DNA of 64,000 bases, from NCBI RefSeq assembly GCF_009914755.1, contig NC_060929.1. One strand, given 5' to 3'. The first letter of the stretch is position 1. Each line of letters opens with the position of its first letter. The notes under the pieces were generated by a model. It worked only from the letters and a program-made list of their open reading frames with translations, was not told the DNA's origin and made no database searches. Shown here piece by piece: positions 33,436-48,429 of this stretch. The translations under genes were made by a program, and so were the position numbers. Origin of the DNA: the human T2T-CHM13v2.0 reference genome, Homo sapiens.

Positions 33436-34534
33436 CGGCAGCTGAGTACGTAAAAAACAGGTGAATTCCCGTATTCCAAAGTAGCTTCAGTGGCTCCCTG
33501 CTTTGTAGTTTGTCATGCAAACTCTTCCACGAGGAGCTCCAACCTAGTTTTCCAACTGCAGTCTCGTGATTTTTCCTACGTAACACTTCTCCTTCAGTTA
33601 AATTCTTCTTTGCTAACTTCCATCCTTTTATCTGTTATATTATTCCAGTCTGGTAGAAAACACACACGCACACGCGCACACACCCCTATCTTTATTTTCC
33701 CCAACTCCTGAACGAGAGTTACAGTTTCAAGATTTCTTTTACCAGGGCTCCCCACCGCCGCCCCCACCACCATCCGCCACCTTGGTCAGCAGGGACCATA
33801 AAATAAGCAGTTGCAGATCGTGCCCAGTAGGGGGAGGAGTGCCCATAAGTCTTCCACTAAATCCGAGGCCTTTCTGAAGCCCAGGAGATTTTAAAGAAGC
33901 CACGTGTTTACGAAAACGTCTTCTAGGTTAAAGAAATAAACAAGAGTTCAGCTAACTCCTTCCTCTGATTACAAACTGAGTAATCTCTGCTCACCAAAGC
34001 ACGGTAATTTAAGCCCAAATAACAAAGACAAAACCATATGACCATTTTTAATCTCTAAGGACCTCACTCTATTTGCATCCTCATTTTTTTTTAATCCATA
34101 AAAATCTATTCACAGATTGAATGTTAAATCTGTGTTGTTGAATCAGGAACTAGTAATGGAAAGCTGGACGTCTTGCCCTCCAGATGCAGAGATTAGTTCA
34201 AAAGAAAAACATCTGTACTGCCTACTTCTCTTCCATCTCCACCCACTTCTCAGCACCATTTAGGTTTTAAAAATGTTTTGTAATGGTCTACCAAATGGCA
34301 ATCATTTTTTATGTACTAAGTTTAAGATACCATGGGATTTGATTTGACTCAATGTTAATCATTGAGTCATGCTGATCACAAACCAAAAGTGAACAGTCAT
34401 CATGAAACAAACTGTGTCACACCACAGGGAACAAAATGGTAGCCCCGCCCGTTCTCACACAGGGGCAGATAGATTTCACAGAGAATTAGTAAAGCTCAGG
34501 GCTTCGTAAGCTTAAAAATTAATGACGCTGGAAG

Positions 34535-34635
34535 AGATCATTCAATTTCATAAATGAGAAAACTAAAATCTTGAGAGATCAAAGTGGCTTTCTCAAGAGA
34601 CCACAGCCAGTTAGTGATGAAGCAGAGACTAGAGT
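34535..34635 (-). mobile_element. MIR fragment
   Basis: atttcataaatgagaaaactaa...aagagaccacagccagttagtgatgaagcagagactaga. Confidence 0.55.
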
Positions 34636-35899
34636 CCAGTGTTTGGATCTGTTACGTCTTGGATGATCTTCATCTACAAACACTATTCATTGCACTTCCT
34701 TGGCAGTGTCAGCAAGAGATGATATCTTAAAAGGATCGTTTTTGTGCCCAGTTCCTTTAGAGATGTACTAAGAAGGCAATGCAAACACCAGGTCAACTTG
34801 AAGAAAGCCTCTCTAAGCAGCCATCCAGACTTGAAGCTTCGTACAGCCGCCACATTGACACCTTTTAAACAAGTCCTTGTAAGAAGAATCTTCAAGGAAG
34901 AAAGCAAAATCCATCCACGGTGAATATTGCATGTGTTAGCACACATCCTATACATCTCTCCCGCAATTATTTATTGGGTGGAGTATGCAACAAGAGTGTG
35001 TTATTATATTAGTCAGTTACTTGTCCCTTGAATCTAAAGATAACACCTACAGCTCCCATTGCATTAGAGATAGGACGGAAATGCTAAAAGCCGTGTTAGA
35101 ATGACAGTGCTTAATAACAATGACACTTGAGGTTTGTAACGCTTTTCATGGTAGATCTCAAAGCACTTGGCAAGTGGTCATGACATTTCGACACAGTATT
35201 ATTCTGAAGAAGCATCACTGTGATTTCCTTTTGATAAGTCAGAGAAAGAAAGATAATTCCCTGTTAAAATCTATCTAGCGACTGGGATTTTTAGCCCTAA
35301 CATTTTTATTTTTAATTATGCTTAATTTTGTACATTAGCTAAAAACTTGTTGGGAATACATTTAATTCTAATTAAATAAATAAAGTGATCCGACTTAGGA
35401 TCTAAACTCAAAAGTCCTGTGCTCATTCCGAGGCAGCAGTAACTTTTCTGGCTTCCTGACATAAAATTCATACAAACAACCCTCGTAGAACATCATCTGA
35501 TATTCCAGGAGTGGAATGTGTGAGGCAACCTAACAGGGAATAGAGCAACTTCAAAAGAAAAAATACAGAAGCTAAGATTCTCTTCCCGGAACTATCACTA
35601 TTAAAAATTAATCCAGGAATTCAGGTTTGGGATGAGGTAGGAGGATGGGTGGGAGGGAATTAGAGAGGAAGGAGAAGCAGACAAAGACTCTTTAAATATT
35701 TATGATTCTTATTTGAAATCAGAGAAAGATTCCCTACTTGCAAGACTTGAAGTGTCATTATAATTAAGTACTTCAGATATTTTATATTATATTTGATGGG
35801 TTTTGACTTCAAAGGAACTTAGGGGCAAAGTCTCAGCCAACACAGAGCATTCACTGCAGCACCCCCGAAGCAGTCAAAGTCATCACAGAGGCTTCAGCC

Positions 35900-36310
35900 T
35901 AGCCTGTCTCAAAAAAGCACGATATCCTAGGAATGCAACAATTTCTCAACTCCAAAGTGGTCAATGAGATGTAAGTGGAACTTGTTGGATAGGGCCTCTG
36001 GAAAAGTTCCTAAAAGAGGGCTGACTCAGCTATGAGGTGAGCTCTTTTATGGTTCCACCCACGTCTTCTTCTTCCTGCCTGAAATGTGGACATGATGGCT
36101 GGCGTTCCAGCAGCCATTTTGTATCTTGAGATAGACCTTGAGAAAAAAAGCCACACTCTGAGGGGGGTAGAAGAAAGACAAAAAGAACCTACACACCTGA
36201 TGACCAAGTTGATGTCATGCCCACCCAGAATTGCCTAATTTGGGATTTCTTTTACCTAATAGGAGGTCTCTTACTTGAGTTTTTCATTATTTATTCACTG
36301 ATACAGCCAA
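35900..36310 (+). mobile_element. Old MLT1 LTR fragment
   Basis: cttcctgcctgaaatgtggacatgatggctggcgttccagcagccattttgtatcttgag. Confidence 0.6.
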
Positions 36311-36959
36311 CTCAATAGGTTTTAGGACTCTACTTTCTCTAAAACTGTCTTTGATTCTTGAGCAAGCATAGTCAGTACTGTTTTCCTTGACTTTCTAAGA
36401 CAGGTTCACCAAGTCCTGCACGTTATGTAACTCTGGAAGACCCTTCTTATATCGTGGGCCATGAGACACTCTCACTTAGAAGACAGTGTGAATAGGGTCC
36501 TCCGGATCCTCTGGTCCCAGCTCACCCACTTTCACAGAATTTCTGCTTACCTTCAACCTTCTTGGAGTTACATCCTCAGGGATACAAGTAAAAATGTTAT
36601 TTTAGATTCAAATATTGGTTAAACAATCTTTAATACAATCTATGGTATTACAATTTTATTAAGGGCTAATTTAAACTAGATTTCTCAAACTTCCAACCCA
36701 TGGATCACTTTGGCAGATAAATGAATGTCATGAACCATCTGTAATGCTTCTTTCCACAGCACAAAAAAAAAGAAGGGAAGAAAGAAAGAAGCTATAAAGA
36801 AAAGAAGGGAAAAGTTACCACAAAAGAATAGAATAGAATAGAATATGTGCTATTGATCATAAAACAAGAATTAATATAGGAAAATTATTTCTCATTGAAA
36901 TAAAAGAATAACATTGGTAATAATGATAAACAACATTTTTAACATTGGTAATGATACAT

Positions 36960-37565
36960 AACATTTGTTGTGACACAGATTTCTCTAGGCGGTCATTGTT
37001 CCAAGTCCTTTTTTCAAGTCCTCTACATGTAGTAACTCAGTAGTGGTCTGTGGCCTGTTACGAACCAGGCTGCACAGCAGGAGGTGAGCAGTGGTGAGTG
37101 AGCATTACTGCCTGAGCTCTGCCTCCTGTCAGATCAGCGGTGGCATTAGATTCTCATAGGAGCATGAACCCTATTGTGAACTGTGCAAGTAAGGAAGCTA
37201 GGTTGTGTGCTCCTTATGAGAATCTAATGCCTGACGATCTAAGGTGAAACAGTTTCATCCCAAAAACCATCTCCCCCACCCCACCTGGCACCTCGGAAAA
37301 ATTATCTTCCACGAAACTGGTCCCTGGTGCCCAAAAGGTTGGGGACCACTGTATTAACTCATTCAATCCTCATAACAAGCCTCTGAAGTAGGTTGTTGTT
37401 ATTATTATTATGCTTATTGGACAGATGAAGAAACAGAGGTACAGAAAGCTTAAGTGACTTGCCAAAGTCTCACGTTGGTTAGCAGTGGAATCAGGATGTA
37501 AATTCAGGTCTATCTGACCCCCTCCTCACCCCCAAACATATACCATTAACTACCACACCATACTG
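36960..37565 (-). mobile_element. MIR split by MER1B
   Basis: cattcaatcctcataacaa...acagatgaagaaacagaggtacagaaagcttaagtgacttgccaaag. Confidence 0.8.
37038..37351 (+). mobile_element. MER1B (hAT-Charlie), left end partly deleted
   Basis: cattagattctcataggagc...aaaaggttggggaccactg; 8-bp TSD ta(g/t)taact at 37030-37037 and 37352-37359. Confidence 0.9.
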
Positions 37566-37604
37566 CCCCAATAGTTCATAACAAGCAGCATCATACTATA
37601 AACA

Positions 37605-37755
37605 CTATGATTAGAAGATCTAGACTACAGACTCCAGAAGGGAAGGACGATTTGTATTTTGTTCACTGCTCTACGCTGAGTGCCTAAAACACTATTTGGC
37701 ATGTAATAGGCACTCAAGTAATTATTCAATGAATGAAGAAACGAATGAGTGAATG
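37605..37755 (+). mobile_element. L2 3' end
   Basis: tagactacagactccagaagggaagg...gcactcaagtaattattcaatgaatgaa. Confidence 0.75.
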
Positions 37756-38249
37756 GATATAGAAAACTTTACGGTACTCCCAGGCACAAGGGATCTATGT
37801 TGTAAGAATTGTTTTTGGGGTTGCAATGAGCAGCAGACCATCCAAGGAGAAATACATTCATAATAAAGCTTTGTAGGATGTGCGATCTTCAGATACTAAC
37901 ATCATTAACATTCAACCATCTGCCAGAAATCATTATGATACCTTCCAACAAAGGCTTATAAAGTGTTTTCATTCGCACTATCTCATTTAATCCTCATAAC
38001 CACCCTATGAGGATTTATTTTCACTTTGCTATTGAGAAAACAGTCTTTAGCGACTGCCAGAATCCAGGCTTACATCCTCTCACCCACTCCCGCACTGTGG
38101 GTGTTCACACTAGAGTGTCTTGCCAGTCATGGGGTTAGATGCCCCTGACCACTCACACTTCACTGCCCCATCCCCTTCATGGCCGTGGGCCTGCATTCAC
38201 AGCTATCCCTGGCCTACAACCCAACTTCTGATCTTGGTATTCCAGGTAT

Positions 38250-38789
38250 CTACTGTGGAGTGCAAACTTAACAGCTTAAACAACAACTTGTTGTTATTAT
38301 CTCCCATGGTTCTGGAGGTTGGCTGGGCTCAGCTAAGTGGTTCTTGCACAAAGCCTCCCATGTGGTTGCAGCCTGATATCAGGTCAGCTAAGACTGAAGT
38401 CATCTGAAGGCTCAACTGAGCTGGATGTCCTATAAGGCCCATTCACATGGCCTGCAGGCTCATGAAGGGCTGTTAACCTACGTGAGCCTCTCCCTGTGGC
38501 TTAAGCTTCTCACACAGGGTGGTTCACTCCAGTGGAACATCCCAGGAGCGGATGTTTCAAAGTTCAGGAAGCAGAAGCTGCCAGGCCAGTGAAGGCGTGG
38601 CTCAGAACTGTTACAATGATATTTCCACTGCATCCTATTTATCAAAGCAACCATTGGCCCACCCAGATTCCAGGGTGTGGAGAAATAAATTCCCCCTCCT
38701 GATGGGTGAGTGGGAAGGTCATCTTCCTGAAAAGGATGTGGGATGGGAGATGTTGTTGCAGCCATCTTTGGAAAATATGACCTGCCACA
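38250..38789 (-). mobile_element. MLT1 (F/G/H group) LTR
   Basis: gcagccatctttggaaaatatgacctgccaca is the reverse complement of an MLT1 5' end. Confidence 0.7.
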
Positions 38790-39221
38790 CTCAGCTTCGT
38801 AATTAAACTGCAACTTATAAGCTACCCGGTTGCGGATAAATTTCCATTTCCACACTGTTATTCTGTGTTTAATTGGGCACAGAACAATGTTCAGTTTATG
38901 TTTTTAACTGTTGGCATGGTTACATTTGGGGCCCGAACTGTTATTAACTCATATCCTTTAATACCTTCCAAGGCTATTCTAATTCAAACAGGTATTTTAG
39001 CTCATTGATAAGAGAGTTCATGGGGTCCAGGGCATGGGTGAAGCTGCCACTGTTTTATTTACATTCGCGACAGTTACTTGTACTTCCAGCCAGTTCCAGC
39101 CTCTCAAAGAGGACCAGGCAAAAATATAAAAACAGATCAGTTCAAATTCATCACGATAATGAAAACATTTTTTTAAGTCCACAGCTACCTCTCTTTAGCA
39201 CTCACGTGCCAATCATGTTAG

Positions 39222-39586
<365 letters not shown>

Positions 39587-40412
39587 TATTCAGTTTTCTT
39601 GATGTCCACATCCTCCCATCCTAACTGGATTTCACTCCCACATCCTCTTCCATTGAAATATTACTTATTTCATGGCAAACTCAAATTCCTCTGGATCGCC
39701 TTTCCTAATGAATGTCCCTGCTAAATGAGTGTGACTTCACTCTTCTTTGAGCCCCTGTAACTCTTGCCTGCCGCCTGTCCCAAATTTCACCTTTTCTACT
39801 TGGAGTCACAGTCCTATTTGGGCTTATCTCTCTTACTTCCCTCCCTGTGCCTTCGCATCCACTGCCTGCATAACTCAGCCCAACACCTCCACACAACGAG
39901 TGTTCCATGAATACGCATGAAAGTGGATTGAACCTCCAGGAATACCATTCTCATCCTACTGTCATTTCCTCTGATAGCCTGGGCTGATAAAGATCTCACT
40001 CACCCTCAGGGAACTGTCTTCATTCACATTCATCCACTCCTTAACTCAACCAAAATGTACTGGATAAAGTCTGAGTGTTAAGCCAAAAGAATGTTTGAAC
40101 ATAACTCAATTCAAGTTAAATGATCTCACTTCTACCAGCAAAATAATCTTATCAAAGGAAATAGGCATCACATGTCACATGTTTCCTCCAATTCTGGCTC
40201 CTTAAAGACCAAAAGAGATGTTCCCTGGAGGTGGGCCCATGGCTGTCCACAAAGACCAGAATGTAGCTTCTGCAGGAGGAGCCAGGCTTTCCCATCTTCT
40301 CCCCAGCATGTTTTCAGCAGCCAGACCTTGGGCTCTCTTTTAAATGCTGCTTCTTTTGCTCCCATTCACAAATGTGGGGACTTTTCTTGCTGACCCTTCC
40401 TGATTCTGCTTT

Positions 40413-40950
40413 TGTAACTGTAATAGGTTCATTGCCTGATGTGCAGGGTAAATCAATACGCCGAGACACTGGGCTACAGCAGAGAAAGAGGTTTAATCGT
40501 AGGGCTGCCAAAGGAGGAGATGGGAAGAGACCTCAAATCTGTCTCCCCCAAGCAGTTTGGGGCTAGGATTTCTAAGGGTTTTGGAGTGGGCTGAAGTGTG
40601 AGGATCATTAATTGGTTCAAGAGTTGCGGGGGTGAAGTCATGGGACCGAGAGTGGAGAAACTATTCTCATGCTGATTCCATTCCTTTGTGGGGGTCCTCA
40701 AACTGGGTGATGTAAGTTGTTTTTGCCAGAATTCAGGATATGGAAAACATCTTAGGCAATTCTTAAACAAACGCCTTATGAGTCTAACATCAGAAATCCT
40801 ATCTAGAAGAACAGCAGGGATGCAGGTGATCAGTATCTAGCGCTACATGGCTCAGTGACAAGGAAGTGGGCCACAGTGCGGCCTGACTAATGCTTAATTA
40901 CAACCCTATTTCTGTCCAGAATTCTTGCTAAGCCTATGAGGACAGTTTCG
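40413..40950 (-). mobile_element. ERV1 (MER4-group) solo LTR, LTR49/LTR51-like
   Basis: tgtaac...cagcagagaaagaggtttaat...ctcaaatctgtctcccc...cagtttc; ATTAAA and CCAAT on the minus strand. Confidence 0.7.
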
Positions 40951-41085
40951 ATTTTGCTCTGTCCACACTAGGCTGGGCAACTCCCCCATGCTCCTCATGG
41001 GGCTCCTAACCCATTCCACCCTCTGGGTTGGTCTTTTCCACCAGTAGAAAGGACCCCAAGAGGAGTTCCAGTCCCTTCATGGACT

Positions 41086-41877
<792 letters not shown>

Positions 41878-41939
41878 ATGGAAGATGAGCAGAAATGTCC
41901 CATGCAAGGTGGGACTAGTATTTAAATGTATAAAGCCCA

Positions 41940-42557
<618 letters not shown>

Positions 42558-45500
42558 CTACCTGGAGGAAAGAATCCCTTAGTACTCCCTGCTCTTCATT
42601 GACAGACAAATAAGTTCCCAGAGTCCAAGGGCAGTCCTCCACGAAGAGTGGCAGGTGTTGGGGGGGAACCTGGGAGGATCTGGGGAGCCCTGTGGTGTGC
42701 ATCACAGTTGTTACCTGCTAAACCTGTCTGAGGATTTCATTCTCTGACTGGCATTTTCACTCTATGGTCTCCATTCTCTGTTCTGCATCCTAGCCCCTTA
42801 TACCATCTACAGCCTGTTCATCCACTCAGCAATTATTTATTGAGTCCAACTATATGTCCAGCACCATGCTAGGACCTGGGAATATATCCCTGAACAAAAG
42901 GCAAAAATGCATATGCCCTCATGGAAATATTCAGTGGTGGCAAATTTCACCAGTTTCTAAAGGAGATCTGGCTTTTAGAAATAGCCAAAAGTCAGAGAAG
43001 ATGCAATTAATTCCATAATAGCAATTTTCACCCAAAGTAAGTTGCAATTATGAATTGATAAGACTGATTTTCTCCTAGACCTATTAAAGGAGAAAATTAT
43101 TGCCTATTTTTCCCAGGCAATAATTTTCAGAAGACTTCTTAAAAATTACACATTTTTTCATTACATGGGTAAATAATCACACTACCAAAACCTGCAAAAT
43201 GGAAGAAAGTAAATTAATTACCTATAATTCTACTGGCTTTCCAAAGCTACTGTTAGCATTTGGGGGTATCTTCGTCCTGTCTAATCTTTGTGTCTACTTT
43301 ATATTTTTTTCTAAATTAGAAAGCATTTATGTATACTCATGTATTTCTTTCTCACTTCATGTTTTATCTTAGTCCCACAGTTTTTGCAAAGAATATTCTA
43401 ATGACCATAGAATATGACATTCTTTACTCATTCTCTATTATTAGCCCTTTGGTTTGTTGGCAACCTTTTCACTATTAATTGTTGAATTGACTAATTCAGA
43501 AAACAATTCCAAAAGGGGAGTTTCAATTATGTATGAGGCAGTGAAACCATAATTGGAATGAGTACACTGACTCCCAGGAACCCTTTTGAAGGATGACTCT
43601 GATCTGGATATATCAGGTTTTATCAGATTGATTCCAAAACACCAATAGTCTGCAGTTTCGTGTTTTCCATGTTTGAGGAGTTCTTTCTAAGTTTACCAGG
43701 CGGGCTCTAAAAGAAGGATTCCTGGAATTTGATTTTTATCTCCACCCGAGAGCATCATCGAAGCAATCTCCTAAATCTCCCCTAGAGCATTCCACAGCAA
43801 CCCTCGGAGGCAAAGGACATAAGGGAGGTGGGAGAGGCGAGTGGTGTCTTGTGATTTGCCAATGTCATTCCTGCCATGGCTTCAGCTGACCCCTGAAGGG
43901 CCCTTGAGGCACTTTTCCCGGAAGGCCCCCCAGGTCTAGTTGTCACTGGTTTTTTGGAAGGCTCTCCAAGGCCTCCGACATCTGTTAGACATGACCCAAG
44001 ACAAAGACAGCTGGGAAAACCCACAAGGAAGGAAATCCCACTGTGAAAGGAGCTGCCTCCGAGTTCCTTTGAAAGCCATAGTTAACTATTGTTCCATCAC
44101 AAAAACTCAAGTTGAAAGCTGCTGCTGATTCCGGGGTCGGTCGCTTAGCCCGTGGCAGAGTTAGCAGGAGGGAAGGGACACAGAAGTGCCTGTGTCCCCA
44201 GAATGGCTGCCAGTGGCTGACGGAGCAGCTGAGGCGCTGCTGCCAAGAGCCAGGGCTCCCTCCAGAGAGGGCCTGGTCCTAGGAGACCACGCGACAGGCA
44301 CAGACAATGGGCCATTAGCTGTCTGTGGCTTCTCTCTGCCTGGTGTTGGCATTTACTGCACGTCCCACACTCATGGGTCTGAAACTCCCTGGAAACTGTA
44401 GTAAATTGTAGTGAAAACTTTCCAACAGCCACCTGCACACACTCCCAGACTGGATGAATAAGCAGAGAGTCTGACTTCTTTATCTTCCCTCTTGTAAGGC
44501 CTAGAAAAAGAGGAACACATTTTAAAAGTCTGTGAACTGTTCAAAATTGAGCACACGCTTTCTAGCTGGACACCTTATCATTTTCTTTGTCAGATATTTG
44601 ACATCAACATGCAGAGCAGTTTGGATGAAGAGAGCAAGCATTTGGTGGAGAGAAATGGGTATCACAGGTATGTTAGAAGAGAAAAAGAATCTCCAAGCTG
44701 CCGTCTACAGCTTTCCCTGAGCAGTTTCTGCAACACATCAAAAGCCTTCACATGACAAGAGGAATGGTCCCTGGAGTGGGCCGCCAGGACAGAGGGTCAC
44801 GCCTGCATGTTGGCATCAAGGATGGTCCAGTTAGCACTCGCAGGATTAAAACTGGGAATGACCTCTCGCTTGGTGGCTTCAGCCTAATGTTTTGTGTTTT
44901 CACTCTGGGTTGACGGAGAGGGTGATTCCTTAAAAAGCACCCCCTAAAAAGAGACAAGGGAAATAATGTTAAAACAAACACTAACACACAAAGCTTTTCT
45001 ATACCACCATGGGTAGAATTCTGAGACTAACATATCTTAACACCTCCTTTAAGGAAATTGGCTAAAGAAACCCTCAAAGGACCTTGTGATAAGAGAGTCT
45101 AATCTGTAAGCTGAAGACCACCCTATGGGGAAGGAGGCACACTAAAGCTGGCTTCCTTGTGGCCACAGCAATGGGCTGGTGTGTGCTGTGAAGGGTTTGG
45201 GTCAGAGCTGGGCATTCAGAATATAGCAAACTGCAAAACCACAATGACATTTAGCATGGAAGAGTCTCAGAAGGTGCCTTGACATGCAGCTGATATCTAG
45301 AAATCACGGTCTGGTGAAATCACAGCAAATGGCTCCTGCTCCAGAGCCTCCTAAGTGCTCTTCTTTCCTCCCACCACAACCCTCCCAGCACTCGAAGCCA
45401 AGATGGGCAGCTTCAGGGGCCAACCTGGCACCAGCCCGCCTGTGGGAGCACCAGACAGTTCACAGAGACTGCCACACCTGAGCCCTGTCCCTGTGCATAT

Positions 45501-45696
45501 CCCCATCCAGGGAGGGCCCAGACAACAGTGGAGGTTGGGACGTGCCCAGTGCCTGTGGTTGCCAGGGCAGTGTTCTGCCAAGGCATCCTCAAGAGGTCAC
45601 TTGTGGGAAATGCAGCCCCAACAGTTTACCATGCGGCCATTATTATATATCAAGATGGAGCCAAGACCCCAAGGTCCTTCAAATCCATTAAGAATC

Positions 45697-45995
45697 CTGG
45701 GTGCAGTGGCTCACACCTGTAATCCTAACACTTTGGGAGCTCAATGTGGGTGGATCACTTGAGGCCAGGAGTTCAAGACCAGACTGGCCAACGTGGCAAA
45801 ACCCTGTCTCTACTAAAAATACAAAAAAACCTAGCTGGACGTGGTGGTGCGCAGCTGTAGTCCCAGCTCCTTGGGAGGCTGAGGCAGGGGGATTGCTTGA
45901 ACCCGGAAGTGGAGGTTGCAATGAGCTAAGATTGCACCACTAAACTCTAGCCTGGACAAAAGAGTGAGACTCCTTCTCAAAAAAAAAAAAAAAAA
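45697..45995 (+). mobile_element. Alu (AluSz/J-like)
   Basis: Dimer with A tail. Confidence 0.92.
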
Positions 45996-46486
45996 TCCAT
46001 CGAGAACTGGATCTTCCAATGAGGGGCTTGTTGGAAAATTTCCCCTCCTCTATTAGGCTGTTTTCAACAGGCATTAAGTCTCAACCGTGTTGGTGTTCTT
46101 TGACCAAAGAAGGTATGGAAGAAATAATGCTCATACAGAAGTGCCAAGCTCAGTGTTACATGTTTTATGCTCTATCTTGGAAGTGAAAATTTTTCCCATG
46201 TCTGCAACAAGATTACCAAGTGACAGTGACCAGTAACAGCTAAATAGGCCTCTATCACAATTTGTTAATTGTAGTTTTTTTTTCCTGAAAGTTCTGCATT
46301 TCTACCATATTTCTTCTTTTGACAATAATCAGACATATTGTCATATTGCCACCAAAAGTATTTACTTCAGATAGGAAATACTCAGACTATATCTTCAATG
46401 AGAGAACTGTGAACAAGGTGAAACCATGCCCCGGTACACTGAGACACGAAGCTTCCTCTCTGTCCTGAGAAACATTACCTATATGC

Positions 46487-46640
46487 TTTTTTATTTTTAT
46501 TTTTTAGAGATGTGGTCTTGCTCTGTTGCCTAGGCCAGAGTGTGCAGTGGTGTGATGACCATAGCTCATGTAACCTACAACTCCTGACCTTAAGGGGCTT
46601 CCCAAGTAGCTAGGACTACAGGCATGCACCACCACACCCA

Positions 46641-46675
<35 letters not shown>

Positions 46676-46787
46676 AGAGATGGGTTCTCATTATGTTGCC
46701 TAGGCTTGTCTTGAACTCCTGACCTCGTCATCCCATCTCAGCCTCCCAAAGCACTGGGATTGCAGGTGTGAGCCACCATGCACATCC
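46487..46787 (-). mobile_element. AluJ with (TTA)n expanded in the linker
   Basis: ttattatta... at 46642-46673. Confidence 0.88.
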
Positions 46788-47699
46788 TTTATTACTTTTG
46801 ACAAAGACCTGAATTCAAATCAGATTATTACTCTTTAATATGCCAACATCTGTTATATCATTAAATTATAGTGTTCTGGGTATAATCATTACCTACAGAT
46901 CTCTGGGGGGAAAAAGGCTGTCAGTTCACCAAAGTCCATTAGAGTCTCTAAATGAAATAGATGTAAGCTGGCCCTAGACCAGTCACAGACACAAGGCAAA
47001 ACAACACTGAGCAGAAACTCTTTCCTTGCTCTGAAACTAGCATGCTGTGAAATAGAACAGGTTTCTATTATCTCACAAGGGTATAGCTTAGTGCAGGTTC
47101 AATTTACCTAATTTAAGTGTCCCATTATGATTGTTGCAATACAACTAGTTTCTTCATTTCTATCTTCATGTATTACGATTCCAGAGAGAGTGACCTTTAA
47201 CATAGGAGTGAATGGCCCCGTCCATCTGTTCATCTTTTAGTAACATGAAAGATCTTAAGATATTTGTCAGCTCCAAGGCAGACTTGGAATTGCCTATCAG
47301 AATCATCCTGAGTTTGGCTGAGATGGCCAGGCCTTTATACTCTCAAATCAATCTGTATATGGGTACCCCAGGAGTGGGCATGACCTTGGGCAGAATGAGG
47401 TCATTCCTGAGGAGGGTGACAGCTGAAGGTTATAGTGCTCCTGGCAGCTGCAGCAACAAATCTTTCATGAAGGGAGGCTTGGGGATGGTGCAACACAGAG
47501 TCCACCACAAATATACAGTCCTGTGAAGAGATAAGCACAAGTGCAGACGACGTTATAATACATTGTGATGGGAGCAGGGTAGAGTTAAATACAGGACTCT
47601 ATCCGCACATCTACGAAACTTATTGTACACAATTTAAGGGATGAGGGGAGCTTCAGGAGAAAGTCTCCTGTAACTCGGTTGTGAAGGGCATGGGGGCTA

Positions 47700-48354
<655 letters not shown>

Positions 48355-48429
48355 GGAAAATGTGGACCTGATGTTGTCGGCTACATTGAAGATCAAGACT
48401 ATCAGTAAGGAGTTACTGAGGGACTCTAA

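Noticed and set aside
45355-45762. 135-aa Pro/Gln-rich ORF
   Set aside because: Non-ATG start, runs into an Alu, no recognisable homology
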